This document shows, piece after piece, positions 1 to 9,648 of a DNA stretch of 64,000 nt. The stretch lies in the sequence record MW388002.1, one strand, 5' to 3'. Both the position numbers and the translations under genes were made by a program. Below the pieces are notes generated by a model. That model had not been told where the DNA came from, ran no database searches, and saw nothing but the letters and a program-made list of their open reading frames with translations. The stretch's first letter is position 1. The number at the start of each line of letters is the position of its first letter. The stretch comes from Acinetobacter phage Mokit.

Positions 1-396
1 ATCACTTAGGGCTTCTTTGATTGTCATAACTGCTTCATGTGCGTCTTCGTCTCCATGTTTGTCTAAGAATTCATCACTATCAGGATGAATTCCAAATAAA
101 ACAGTAAATACCCATTTTGATGTTTCTAGTGCGGCTTCAATAGTGTCATATTCATCTCGAGACCATGTATGACGAGTTTTGCGTGGCATATTAAGTGCAC
201 TACAAAGTGCATGGATCAATTCCATGAAGTTTACTGAACGGCTACCTGTAAACACTTCGCCTGGTGCAAATACACGTTCTGGATATTTAGGGTTGACACG
301 ATGTTCGATATCAATATAATCGGCATCATTTGTATCTCCAGAAATTTTAAGGAAATGCGTAGGTTTATGTATAGGATTTTCCATAATGAGCTCCAT
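1..396 (-). CDS. hypothetical protein, partial; N-terminus at 396, C-terminus runs off the window start
   Basis: Open minus-strand frame from an ATG near 396 (MELIMENPIHKPTHFLKISGDTNDADYIDIEH...) continuing to base 1. No recognisable motif. Confidence 0.35.
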   Translation of the reverse strand, partial: MELIMENPIHKPTHFLKISGDTNDADYIDIEHRVNPKYPERVFAPGEVFTGSRSVNFMELIHALCSALNMPRKTRHTWSRDEYDTIEAALETSKWVFTVLFGIHPDSDEFLDKHGDEDAHEAVMTIKEALSD

Positions 397-409
397 ATTC
401 AAAATAAAA

Positions 410-727
410 TTATACTACATTACTAGGTGATTGTAAACTGAAATGTTTAATAAATCCCTGAATTGTTCGACGCATTTCTTTTTCTTTTTCGCGATTTTCT
501 GCGCATAATTTCAAATATTCGTGATTCATCGACATGACTTGAGCTGCATCCTTTTCTGATTCATATACACCAAGTATAGCGGATTTCCAATACTTTGAAC
601 GGCGTGATCCTATTTCAATTTCAATTGAATCTGTGTCTTCTGATACAACTTGATGCGCCTTCTCAAGCATAAAATGTGGTGTAGAATTATATGCCACAAT
701 AACATATTTACCAACTAGTGAATTCAT
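410..727 (-). CDS. hypothetical protein (105 aa)
   Basis: ORF track; tightly packed in a co-directional minus-strand gene run. Confidence 0.4.
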   Translation of the reverse strand: MNSLVGKYVIVAYNSTPHFMLEKAHQVVSEDTDSIEIEIGSRRSKYWKSAILGVYESEKDAAQVMSMNHEYLKLCAENREKEKEMRRTIQGFIKHFSLQSPSNVV

Positions 728-1266
728 TAAATTTTCCTCAAATAACCATTTTCAATTTTCAAGCCGATATTTTCAAGATATCCTGGATAGTCGTTATATT
801 GCATTTCTCTTTCAAGTAGTGCATCAATAACTTGATCTGCATGAGACCTGAATGTCCATTCCTTTTGATACCTGATGTGATTTTTAATTTTCCATAATAC
901 TACACATACCTTAGAGCCTACATGCTTTTTGAGCATTTTATCTAACGCATTAACTGCAATTTTGTAGCCATGATTATGAGCATAAGTATGAATAGGATCA
1001 TAATACACGTGTTTGTATGCTACGTCAGGATGTATGTGCTTTGGATCATAAGACTTATATGATGTACTATCCATCATCTTAGCTAACTTATTAACCTGAT
1101 TACCGCACCAGATACCTATCCACGGTTGTTCTTCATACTGCTCGCGCCATTCATCTTCCCACTCTTGATAGTCTTGAGCAGTAGGTTCAGGCCAATCGTC
1201 ATCCCACATATCATAAGGGTCCATATCGCATACAGCGTCATATTCGTCATAATCACGATAAGTCAT
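727..1266 (-). CDS. hypothetical protein with highly acidic, Trp-rich N-terminus (179 aa)
   Basis: ORF track; overlaps its neighbours' stop/start in the way T4 early genes do. Confidence 0.45.
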   Translation of the reverse strand: MTYRDYDEYDAVCDMDPYDMWDDDWPEPTAQDYQEWEDEWREQYEEQPWIGIWCGNQVNKLAKMMDSTSYKSYDPKHIHPDVAYKHVYYDPIHTYAHNHGYKIAVNALDKMLKKHVGSKVCVVLWKIKNHIRYQKEWTFRSHADQVIDALLEREMQYNDYPGYLENIGLKIENGYLRKI

Positions 1267-1292
1267 ATAGCCTCCATGTTTAATAAGAATTA

Positions 1293-1619
1293 TTATACAA
1301 AATGGTAGTATGCATGTAAACAGCTTTCGAAATTAATTTTGCCACCACATAGTTTAAGACAATGGCGAATCCAATCATTTCGTTCATAGTTGCCAGGATA
1401 ATCTTTCCAATTTGTGCAATATTCTATGATTTGATCTGCATGGACAGTATAAGTTTGCCATCCTGCTTCCTCTTCTATAGTCGCAATTGCAGTTTCTAAT
1501 GGTAGATGTTTTACTTTGTTATACAGTGGAAATGAAATCATTCCCCATTTATACATCTCAGATACACTCTTTGGAGAAGTACGAATTCGACTATCTACAC
1601 CTTGCATAAATTGTTTCAT
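1293..1619 (-). CDS. hypothetical protein (108 aa)
   Basis: ORF track. Confidence 0.4.
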   Translation of the reverse strand: MKQFMQGVDSRIRTSPKSVSEMYKWGMISFPLYNKVKHLPLETAIATIEEEAGWQTYTVHADQIIEYCTNWKDYPGNYERNDWIRHCLKLCGGKINFESCLHAYYHFV

Positions 1620-1671
1620 TTTAATCTCCTCAAATTAGTAAAGCCTGATCAAATGATCAGGCTTGAATTTA

Positions 1672-2679
1672 TTAACGAAGTTGTGTAACTTCTGCAATTT
1701 CTTTCCAGTTGTGCTCATCAGTTTTAACAAAACTAGCTAGATAAAGTGCTGTACGTAATGAAACATTACGAAGGCGTGAAATATTTTCTTTCATCCATGC
1801 TAAAATTTCTTGTGTTTCAGATTCAAGTAATCCTGCTTTAAACATCATATCTGTGTTTAAAATTACGTCTTCAACACGAACCATAATTTCTTCATTTGTA
1901 TGAACACCAAGATCGAGGTAAACCGAGCGAGATACTAGAGCATCAAGATGTGGCGCTAATTTTGATCCACGATCAATTTCACGATCAATATCAGTGTTGG
2001 TAATGAAAACGATTGTACCTTCAAATTCAAATTCTTGTGGAATTTCTTTTTCCTCAAGATATGATGATGCAGTAGACCAACAAACTTTACGAGTTTCAGA
2101 AGTATCTAATGCGGCTTTTAAAAGATTAAGAGAATCTTCAGATGAGAAAACATCTACGTCATCAAGTACTAATACATTGTTTGGTCCAGAACATTCATAT
2201 AGTTTACAGAACATTCCAATTGGAGACATTTTGCCATTTAAGATAGTGTATTCGATTTTACCTTCAGCATCGGCCTTTTCTAAATCACGGTTTAATGTGT
2301 ATGTCTTTCCAATGCCTGGAGCACCTGAAATAATGAGAGAACGTATTGATTTGTTAATTAAGCCGTTTGTCATAATATCCATAACTGAAAAACGACGATT
2401 AATTCGAGTTTTCATTTCTTCAAGAGTTTCAGTTGGAACTAATGAAGCTACAGGAGATTCAACTTTTATTGATTTAGGAAGTTGCCCATCGATTGTATAA
2501 TCACCATGGAAAACCCAAATTCCGCGTTGTTTGCCATTGAAGTTAATAATGACTTTACCATCCCCAAATTGACTATCATACTGATTCAATTCTGTAGGGA
2601 ACCATGTATTAATTAGTTCGAAAGTACCATGAAATTCATTTCCACGATAAATTCCTTTGTTGATAGTAACTGTAGCCAT
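1672..2679 (-). CDS. AAA+/P-loop ATPase with an ~110-aa N-terminal domain
   Basis: Walker A GAPGIGKT and Walker B VLVLDDVD are seen in the translation. Confidence 0.6.
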   Translation of the reverse strand: MATVTINKGIYRGNEFHGTFELINTWFPTELNQYDSQFGDGKVIINFNGKQRGIWVFHGDYTIDGQLPKSIKVESPVASLVPTETLEEMKTRINRRFSVMDIMTNGLINKSIRSLIISGAPGIGKTYTLNRDLEKADAEGKIEYTILNGKMSPIGMFCKLYECSGPNNVLVLDDVDVFSSEDSLNLLKAALDTSETRKVCWSTASSYLEEKEIPQEFEFEGTIVFITNTDIDREIDRGSKLAPHLDALVSRSVYLDLGVHTNEEIMVRVEDVILNTDMMFKAGLLESETQEILAWMKENISRLRNVSLRTALYLASFVKTDEHNWKEIAEVTQLR

Positions 2680-2738
2680 AATATTTTACTCAATACGATG
2701 TTTGATTTAATATGACTATTATACCATTAAAGATAATA

Positions 2739-2770
2739 GGTGTAAACATTTATTTGAAAATATTTACACC
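2739..2770 (-). terminator. hairpin GGTGTAAA...TTTACACC between minus-strand genes
   Basis: 8-bp stem seen in the sequence. Confidence 0.35.
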
Positions 2771-2780
2771 TGTCTAAGAT

Positions 2781-3065
2781 TTATTTTACATAAAGCCCAA
2801 GTGCAAGAATTGCTAAAGCTATCCATCCAAAAAACGAGACTAAGTGAGACACCTTAACTATGTATACATCTTGCATTGCACGATGTGGCCAATAAGTTTC
2901 TAGTGCGTACTTATTCGTACCGCGAATAGCATTCATAGGGAACTCATGCCCGTCAAGGTTCTTAGCCCACACACTATCAACAGTATTAGTTTGGCGAAAT
3001 GACACGACTTTTGCTGGGATCATAAAGGGCATAATGATTATATTTTCGCCTTCTTTAAACTTCAT
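2781..3065 (-). CDS. small protein with C-terminal transmembrane anchor
   Basis: Hydrophobic C-terminus LVSFFGWIALAILALGLYVK. Confidence 0.4.
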   Translation of the reverse strand: MKFKEGENIIIMPFMIPAKVVSFRQTNTVDSVWAKNLDGHEFPMNAIRGTNKYALETYWPHRAMQDVYIVKVSHLVSFFGWIALAILALGLYVK

Positions 3066-3277
3066 GAGGAGCCTCCAATGGATGAAGTTCTAATAACAAA
3101 TCACGTAACATGATTTGTTCACGAATAGTAAGTACTACACCTTCGTATTCATCATCCGCGTCAATCTCTAAGTGTTTTTCATCACCAATGAGCGAAAACA
3201 GAGTATCAACATTTCCTTCTGCAATTTCTTCAGGTGTTTGACGAATGATCCAAGATGTTTCAGATAATTTTTCCATG
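3055..3277 (-). CDS. small hypothetical protein (~74 aa); start trimmed from the ORF-track call
   Basis: ATG at 3275-3277 (MEKLSETSW...) preceded by GGAGAAG. It sits directly after the TAA stop (3278-3280) of the upstream nucleotidyltransferase. Confidence 0.35.
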
Positions 3278-4318
3278 TTACTTCTCCAAATGTGAGTAGA
3301 TATGTGCAGAATATACGTTATAGACAAAGTTGTCCCAGAACGAACGATCAACTTTTTGCGGCATCCCATTTTTAGCAGCCTGAATTGATAATGCATCAAC
3401 ATCTGCAATGACGTCTTCAAGAATTGTAGAGACTTCTTTAAATGAAAGCTCGCCTTTCTTGATTTTTAAAAGCAATTCAGCGTCCTTTAAAGGATATTCT
3501 AAATCGCCGGTATCATAGATTTCTTGTAATTGTAAACCACCTCGAATGGCATGATGCATTGCTTTCCAATCAATGCCATTATTTAATTCTGCTTGACGAG
3601 CACGTTCACCATACTTCTCCCATTCCTTTGCAATTTTCTGTTTGAGTTCAGACATTTTGATTGTCAATTGATGTTTGACACCCATAACATTATAGAACGT
3701 TGCACCGGTTTTAGGATCAGTTTCGATTTTGCAATATTCATTAATTGGTAATTTATGCACAAATTGTGAAACTTTGTAATCACGGCGTCGAGAAATATGT
3801 TTAGACGGCTCAATAGTGACATCCGTTATGTCTACAATATGATACTCAGGCAAATCCTTTATAGCATCATTTACCTGACGAAGCGCTGCCATTCGTGTAC
3901 CTTTGATACCATATTTTGCGGCTTGTTTCTTTACATACCCAAGATATGCTTTCATATCTGTAGTGTAGAAACGATATCGATTTTGGCGGATAAAGCTCCA
4001 TACACTTGAATCGCCTAATTCTGTGATTAACTCTTTAGGAGTATGCAACATGTCTAAAGCAATAGTTTCACCCTTAATTGCCAATTCAATAAAGTACTGT
4101 AGTGAATACATTTCTTCATCGACATCATCTGCAGTGTTTTTAGTGGTATGAGTGCCTGTGTTGCGGCTATAATGTGTAGTCGCATTTCCTAGGATGAGTT
4201 GTTTTGCATCCGGAATATAGATGCCTTTAATGTCTAGGTCGCTTTCCGGAGTAGATGTTCCGTAAAGTTTTGATCCAAACAATGATTTCATTACTAAACG
4301 TTCGGTCATATTATTCAT
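3278..4318 (-). CDS. Pol-beta-superfamily nucleotidyltransferase-domain protein (346 aa)
   Basis: N-terminal GS-x9-DxD signature FGSKLYGTSTPESDLDIKG, followed by a ~250-aa helical C-terminal region. Confidence 0.55.
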   Translation of the reverse strand: MNNMTERLVMKSLFGSKLYGTSTPESDLDIKGIYIPDAKQLILGNATTHYSRNTGTHTTKNTADDVDEEMYSLQYFIELAIKGETIALDMLHTPKELITELGDSSVWSFIRQNRYRFYTTDMKAYLGYVKKQAAKYGIKGTRMAALRQVNDAIKDLPEYHIVDITDVTIEPSKHISRRRDYKVSQFVHKLPINEYCKIETDPKTGATFYNVMGVKHQLTIKMSELKQKIAKEWEKYGERARQAELNNGIDWKAMHHAIRGGLQLQEIYDTGDLEYPLKDAELLLKIKKGELSFKEVSTILEDVIADVDALSIQAAKNGMPQKVDRSFWDNFVYNVYSAHIYSHLEK

Positions 4319-4380
4319 CCCATTTTGAAGATATGATAATTATATTATCGTTTCTATGTAAAGTAAACCATTAAATGCAC

Positions 4381-4407
4381 AAAAGGCGAACAATGTTCGC
4401 CTTTTTA
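4381..4407. terminator. intrinsic terminator AAAAGGCGAACAATGTTCGCCTTTTT, bidirectional in form
   Basis: 9-bp GC-containing stem flanked by an A run and a T run. Confidence 0.55.
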
Positions 4408-4408
4408 A

Positions 4409-4648
4409 TTAAATTGATTCGCGTAGATCAGCTTGCCATGTGCCATTATCGTAAATTAAATCAAACGGTAATGGAGCAGAAAATTTTAATTCATTTGTAA
4501 ATGGCTCTACTGAAACTTGGATAGTTTCACCATTTGGCCAAATGAATTTCGCAATAGGCACTTTAAAAAATGATGATGTACCTATTTCTGCCTTGAATTG
4601 AACTCGGACTGAGTCAACCCAGTAATAATTTGTATGTTTGAGATACAT
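4409..4648 (-). CDS. hypothetical protein (79 aa)
   Basis: ORF track; followed by a hairpin terminator at 4381-4407. Confidence 0.4.
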   Translation of the reverse strand: MYLKHTNYYWVDSVRVQFKAEIGTSSFFKVPIAKFIWPNGETIQVSVEPFTNELKFSAPLPFDLIYDNGTWQADLRESI

Positions 4649-4649
4649 A

Positions 4650-5108
4650 TTAGTCCTTAAATTCTAGATGACGACATATCTTTTTATGCTTGTCACTAAT
4701 ATATGTGATGAAAATTGATTTTTGGACAGGCGACTCATTTGCACGTTTTATGCGCTTATATACATAAACCTGTCCATGGCCTATGCCAAATACCGCTCCA
4801 AAGCTTGCGGCTACGATTGTAATAAATGTTACGAACCCGATAGGTACTGCTATAATATTAACCCAAAGTGGATTCTCAAATATTGCGCCTGCTGCAACTA
4901 TATCTAGCCCAGTGTATGGATTACACATGATGAATAATGATATGCCTATAGCAAAACAAATAAATGCAGCAATTGCTAAAATTGCTGCACCTATAACCAA
5001 ACGAATTAATAACGTTCTAACATATGCACACAAATTTTTTGGTGGTGTTTTGCCATCAGAAGACCATTTGATAAATCGATAATGCCATGACGATTTCTTA
5101 ATTTCCAT
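4650..5108 (-). CDS. multi-pass membrane protein (152 aa)
   Basis: Three to four hydrophobic segments, e.g. LLIRLVIGAAILAIAAFICFAIGISLFIM. Confidence 0.45.
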   Translation of the reverse strand: MEIKKSSWHYRFIKWSSDGKTPPKNLCAYVRTLLIRLVIGAAILAIAAFICFAIGISLFIMCNPYTGLDIVAAGAIFENPLWVNIIAVPIGFVTFITIVAASFGAVFGIGHGQVYVYKRIKRANESPVQKSIFITYISDKHKKICRHLEFKD

Positions 5109-5113
5109 TTTTG

Positions 5114-5380
5114 TTACCTCAGTTGTGAGTCTTTACTACCACGACGGTTGTAGTAAGATTTGTGTTCAGCATCATGAGCAGGCTGGCAACCTATACAATA
5201 TTTGACACCTTTGACGACTTCTCGGCGCTTTTGTGGAATTTTATCTCCACAATCATCACAGAATTCATTTGATTCTCGTTTAGATTGGAGTTCTAATTCT
5301 AGTCTAGCCCAGTCTATAGCATCATCTATTGTTGCTTTGTTTGTTTCAAATACAGGATCGTTAGGTCCCCAGCCATTCAT
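5114..5380 (-). CDS. TraR/DksA-type C4 zinc-finger protein
   Basis: C-terminal CDDCGDKIP-x-CIGCQ four-cysteine motif after a coiled-coil-like N-terminus. Confidence 0.55.
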   Translation of the reverse strand: MNGWGPNDPVFETNKATIDDAIDWARLELELQSKRESNEFCDDCGDKIPQKRREVVKGVKYCIGCQPAHDAEHKSYYNRRGSKDSQLR

Positions 5381-5414
5381 AGTATTTTACTCATGATGTA
5401 TGATATGAAAGCTA

Positions 5415-5753
5415 TTATATACTCCTTTTTGAAGGTTGTAAACTAGATTTAGGTTTAATTTCAATATTTTTCTCTTTGGCATACTGTTGTCCTATAGCAT
5501 AACCGACATCTGAACAATCATGCTTGCAATCTGCTTTACTCCATTTTGCTTGAACAAAGTCATAAAACCGTTCAGATTCTGCTTTGGAAGGTTTCTTAAA
5601 TTGAGAATATACTGTGAGTGCTCCTTCTACGAATCGATTAAAATCTTTATCATCTGCAGCTTGACACTGCTGGAACGATATGCCTAGTAGCATAGCTGAA
5701 ATTAAAATTGCTTTCATCGATATTCTCCTCTGTGAGGATTCAATTCTAAGCAT
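5415..5753 (-). CDS. small secreted protein; probable true start at MKAILISAMLLGISFQQCQA
   Basis: Sec-type signal peptide in the translation. Confidence 0.45.
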   Translation of the reverse strand: MLRIESSQRRISMKAILISAMLLGISFQQCQAADDKDFNRFVEGALTVYSQFKKPSKAESERFYDFVQAKWSKADCKHDCSDVGYAIGQQYAKEKNIEIKPKSSLQPSKRSI

Positions 5754-6013
5754 GTTCCCATAAACCTACGATCAAAGTTATCGTTGGTCCATCCGAGTTT
5801 TGTTACATTGTTTTTATTTATTGTTGACACATAGTCATCTCTAATTTCTTTGAGTATTGCTCTATTTGGGCAAATGCTAGATTTATACACACGATACGAA
5901 AAGGCGAGTGAATCTACCTCTCGTTCATATGATTTAACCTGTATAATAGGTGCGTAGTGAATCCCAAGTCCTATTAAAATTAAAGATGATGCGATTAACA
6001 CCAGCTTTTTCAT
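5714..6013 (-). CDS. small secreted or membrane-anchored protein
   Basis: N-terminal signal MKKLVLIASSLILIGLGIHYA. Confidence 0.4.
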   Translation of the reverse strand: MKKLVLIASSLILIGLGIHYAPIIQVKSYEREVDSLAFSYRVYKSSICPNRAILKEIRDDYVSTINKNNVTKLGWTNDNFDRRFMGTCLELNPHRGEYR

Positions 6014-6438
6014 TATTTTGTCTCTGGTAATGGTCCTGCATTTTCAAATTTGTAAGTAACATATTCATTAGAAGTGTTCCACACTCTGAAAAATATAGGA
6101 CGTTTGCAGTCTAAAAATATACTATCTAGTTGATCCTTTGATGGAATATCCACCAATGTAGGTCCAGCAATTGCACCTAAAGTGTTTATTCCACAGGTCC
6201 GCATAGTGAATACACCATACGGCATGATGTGTCGTTGTCCATCACTTCCTATAAAGGATATACCAAATAAATCGGTCTCTTTGTCATAACTTATTTCTGC
6301 AAAGGGTTTAAGTATCGGCGCAGCAGATTGGTCAATCCTTGTACCATAAATTGTGAAAATAGATGGAGTTATTTGTTCCCATGCTGATGCAAAAGGACTT
6401 ACTAAAAGTAGGCTCAATAACATAGCCTTTAATTTCAT
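6013..6438 (-). CDS. secreted protein (141 aa)
   Basis: Signal peptide MKLKAMLLSLLLVSPFASA. Confidence 0.45.
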   Translation of the reverse strand: MKLKAMLLSLLLVSPFASAWEQITPSIFTIYGTRIDQSAAPILKPFAEISYDKETDLFGISFIGSDGQRHIMPYGVFTMRTCGINTLGAIAGPTLVDIPSKDQLDSIFLDCKRPIFFRVWNTSNEYVTYKFENAGPLPETK

Positions 6439-6761
6439 CTATCTAATAATCCTGTTATATATTTTAGCATTAACTGATTTTTGTAATTTTCACATACTAC
6501 TTTGTCTTCTGCATGAGAACAAAACGATGCAAGTTCCTTTGCCTTACGATTTATAAGAGCGCCAATTGACACTTTATCTCTTTCATTTAGTCCCATGAAG
6601 TACATTCCATCTAATTGCATAGAAACAACATCTATGCATTCTGCGTTAGATGAACATACCATTCCTGCAGCTTTATCAGTACGTCTTTCTTCTATAGAAG
6701 CGGATGTCACAATAGGTGCAAAAACTGCACCTAAAATAACAATGAGTTTTAATAACTTCAT
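6435..6761 (-). CDS. secreted cysteine-containing protein (108 aa)
   Basis: Signal peptide MKLLKLIVILGAVFAPIVTSA. Confidence 0.45.
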   Translation of the reverse strand: MKLLKLIVILGAVFAPIVTSASIEERRTDKAAGMVCSSNAECIDVVSMQLDGMYFMGLNERDKVSIGALINRKAKELASFCSHAEDKVVCENYKNQLMLKYITGLLDR

Positions 6762-7282
6762 TATTCAACCTTTAATACATTATTGTCCTTAAGGTAATTG
6801 GCTTTCTTGATAACACTTCGTGAGTATGAAGCTCCTCTTTGATGTTTCCAACCTGCATTATATGAGGCTAATGCACGGTCGATACTCCCGTTATGTACTT
6901 TTAACCAAGATTGCATCTCAATTCTCGCCCAATGAGCAGAGACATTTGGATTTTGGAGCTCTTTGGTGATTTGAGCTCGACTTTTTTGGACTCCATTTTG
7001 AGCCATACGTGACTTAACAGTTGTGACCAAATTTTGATATTGGCCTGCTGCATGTTTGCCTGTTCCGCAGTTGATTCCTGCACTAGTCTCTTGCCAAATA
7101 ATGGCAGCCATAATGTATCCAAAATCAACTCGTGAACCGTTAAACTTTAAAGGTTGCGAGTGGCCGTATTTGTAAGCCTTTTGCATGTTTTTGATTTGAG
7201 TATCGCTAAAATTATGTTCAGCGAATATCGTGGGTGATAACATTAATGTGATTGAAATTAAAAGTAACTTCAAATATTTCAT
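6761..7282 (-). CDS. family-1 lytic transglycosylase with N-terminal signal or signal-anchor; endolysin candidate in the position of T4 gene e
   Basis: Signal MKYLKLLLISITLMLSPTIFA; catalytic E-S motif (AIIWQETSAG) followed by AGQYQ and SYNAG motifs. Confidence 0.6.
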   Translation of the reverse strand: MKYLKLLLISITLMLSPTIFAEHNFSDTQIKNMQKAYKYGHSQPLKFNGSRVDFGYIMAAIIWQETSAGINCGTGKHAAGQYQNLVTTVKSRMAQNGVQKSRAQITKELQNPNVSAHWARIEMQSWLKVHNGSIDRALASYNAGWKHQRGASYSRSVIKKANYLKDNNVLKVE

Positions 7283-7400
7283 AGGGTACTCCCGCTGTAA
7301 TCAGCTTTGTTTCATTTACGCTATGCGCATCCTTCTGGTTAGTTGATAAAAATATTTATAACATGATCAACTTTTGACTATTATATCATACATTACACAA

Positions 7401-7423
7401 AAAGGACATCAAAATGTCCTTTA
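7401..7423 (-). terminator. intrinsic terminator AAAGGACATCAAAATGTCCTTT overlapping the 3' end of the GIY-YIG gene
   Basis: 9-bp stem; on the minus strand it is followed by TTTTTGTG. Confidence 0.5.
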
Positions 7424-7852
7424 TTTTTTAATTTGTGCTCTTCTTTTGCCTTCAATCATGCGAGAATACCAGAACTCATAGAATTCTGGATTTTTTAACT
7501 TCTCTTGGAAGATTGCGGAAGCCTTTTTATTTCGTTTTAAAATAAACTCTTCAGTATTAGTAGCGTTGACATAATCAAAACCACCTTGGCCTCCAAGTTT
7601 TATATTGTACGAATTTTTGTCTAGTACCAAATCGGCATCTACTAACTCCTTTTCGTGTTCATACATTGAATTTTGGTCAGGGTGAAATTTAATGATTTCC
7701 TTTTTAAATTTATCTTGACCATATTTTTTTAAAGCTTTTTTGAGCACAGTTCCGGAGCCCATATAGCCATCATTCAAGTTTGAGGTTTTGTGGGCTCCGA
7801 TATAGAAGTGACCATTAACAGTGTTAGTGATCTTGTAGGTGTAATAAAACAT
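7421..7852 (-). mobile_element. GIY-YIG homing endonuclease (seg-like), 143 aa
   Basis: N-terminal YTYKITNTVNGHFYIGAH GIY-YIG motif. T4 segB also sits beside the tRNA cluster. Confidence 0.6.
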
Positions 7853-7906
7853 CTTTCCACTTTACAAAATACCATGATAGTAATATTTAATAAAGTGGAA
7901 TAAGAG

Positions 7907-8158
7907 TTATGCATATGCTTCAAAATATGCGGCTTCGTTGGCGGCGCTTTGCGAATCAATTGCGTCTCGAAGAAGTTCTTTGATTTTATGCTCGTCGCCT
8001 TTAAATGATTCCTGACAATCTACGTAATAATCACAAACACAACCAAGTTCTGTACCTAACTCTTTAAGTTCGTTGAGTACGTCTTCAATAGTGTTATACT
8101 CAATAAGGTAGTTGTAGTGGTCGGTGGATTCAGTTACTAGGTGTACTGCTGCAAACAT
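7907..8158 (-). CDS. hypothetical acidic protein (83 aa)
   Basis: ORF track. Confidence 0.35.
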   Translation of the reverse strand: MFAAVHLVTESTDHYNYLIEYNTIEDVLNELKELGTELGCVCDYYVDCQESFKGDEHKIKELLRDAIDSQSAANEAAYFEAYA

Positions 8159-8162
8159 GATA

Positions 8163-8720
8163 TTACTCCAATGTTAACGATTTTGCTGATAAAATATTAT
8201 AATGCTGTATGTCAAAGAAAAACATTCCCTGAAATGAACTGACCTTTTTGTGCAGATCTAGTATCCCGTAAGATGTTAACATCGTTCGTGTATCTATTGC
8301 CTTGGCTAAGTACTTACCATCAGGCAATCCCATATCACCGCGAGCAAATTTTGTACCTGGTGGAAATACTATATCAATTTGGTGCTCTGGTATTTCTAAG
8401 TCAACTTCAAATTCGATTTCGATGCTATCAATATCCCAACTATAAATTGGCTCATGATTGGCCGCATCAATATAATTGAACGAGTATGAAGAACTATCGT
8501 CTATCACTACCAAAGTACGTTTATCGCCTTTAACTGCAAAAACTGCACGTAAATTATTTTTTGGGCGTTTATTGTACAATTCCTTAATTTCATATGATGA
8601 CGTTTTAGGGTCAAATGATAAAACTATTTTAGCCATAATAATGTACTCGCAAGTATTAAAAGTATTGTACCGACAATTAATTCTACCGCTACTGTTTTTG
8701 CATTTTTGAGTTGAAGACAT
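8163..8720 (-). CDS. hypothetical protein; true start probably the internal MAKIVLSF at ~8636
   Basis: ORF track. Confidence 0.4.
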   Translation of the reverse strand: MSSTQKCKNSSGRINCRYNTFNTCEYIIMAKIVLSFDPKTSSYEIKELYNKRPKNNLRAVFAVKGDKRTLVVIDDSSSYSFNYIDAANHEPIYSWDIDSIEIEFEVDLEIPEHQIDIVFPPGTKFARGDMGLPDGKYLAKAIDTRTMLTSYGILDLHKKVSSFQGMFFFDIQHYNILSAKSLTLE

Positions 8721-8783
8721 GCATCGATTATTAAAAATAATCCAACGAACATACCTACAATAACTGGAAAGGCATCAAACATT

Positions 8784-9419
8784 TTACATTCCTTTAAGTG
8801 CACAGAAATCTACAGCTTCTACAAATTCTTTATCGTCTTTGATTGACATATTATTGGCTGCACATACTGGTAGCAATTTTTGAAATCGTGGATCATCGCG
8901 ATACTCGGTACCTTCATAGTTTTCTGCCATTTTAGGGTAAACTGTGTTAAATCGATCTTCTGAATTAAAGTTTGCCTCTTCTCCAGCAGACAATTCTAAT
9001 CCATATCCTGGTTCATCTGCACGCGGAATTTTATGGCGTTGTGCTTCAGGGATAACTGAATATCCTCTTAATGAATTTGTTGCGCATTCTTTAACATTTG
9101 CGTGGTATTCAGATAAAACAGTTGAACCGTAATCAGTTGAAGTATCGATATTTACTAGCATATTGTCATATTTCTTGCCACAGTAGTATATTGCCTTGAA
9201 TCCAACTGTGCCATACTGTTCTGCTAAATCATACTCCCAATCAAATTCAAGATCAAATCCTTCAATATTGTCTTTCAATTTTGATAAATTCAAATATGGT
9301 TTATTTTGCTCAGTACTTGGCAGTGGAACTGTGCCGGAATCTTTAGCTACGTTTGGTTGCGTACAAGCTGTTAAACTAACTAATCCAATAATCGATGCTG
9401 CAATTAATAACTTTTTCAT
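8784..9419 (-). CDS. lipoprotein (211 aa)
   Basis: Signal peptide with lipobox MKKLLIAASIIGLVSLTAC. Confidence 0.5.
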   Translation of the reverse strand: MKKLLIAASIIGLVSLTACTQPNVAKDSGTVPLPSTEQNKPYLNLSKLKDNIEGFDLEFDWEYDLAEQYGTVGFKAIYYCGKKYDNMLVNIDTSTDYGSTVLSEYHANVKECATNSLRGYSVIPEAQRHKIPRADEPGYGLELSAGEEANFNSEDRFNTVYPKMAENYEGTEYRDDPRFQKLLPVCAANNMSIKDDKEFVEAVDFCALKGM

Positions 9420-9499
9420 ATCTATCTCTTTAGGATATTTGATTTGATAAAACTATTATATCAAATCTGATTATCGCTGTAAATAGTTTTGACAAAAAA

Positions 9500-9524
9500 A
9501 ATAGGACTCATTTGAGTCCTATTT
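9500..9524. terminator. bidirectional intrinsic terminator AATAGGACTCATTTGAGTCCTATT, with a second hairpin CCTGATGGTAAGTTCATCAGG at 9528-9548
   Basis: Perfect 11-bp stem flanked by A8 and T4 runs. Lies at the boundary between the early gene run and the tRNA cluster. Confidence 0.6.
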
Positions 9525-9648
9525 TGCCTGATGGTAAGTTCATCAGGTCTTACAAGCCCTTAAAAGGAACTTATTTGGCAGGCACTGAACGAATCGAACG
9601 CTCGTTAATGGGGTTGGAGCCCACTGTAATAACCACTATACGAAATGC

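Noticed and set aside
1994-2500. Plus-strand 168-aa ORF inside the AAA+ ATPase gene
   Set aside because: Fully antisense to a gene with clear Walker motifs; no RBS.
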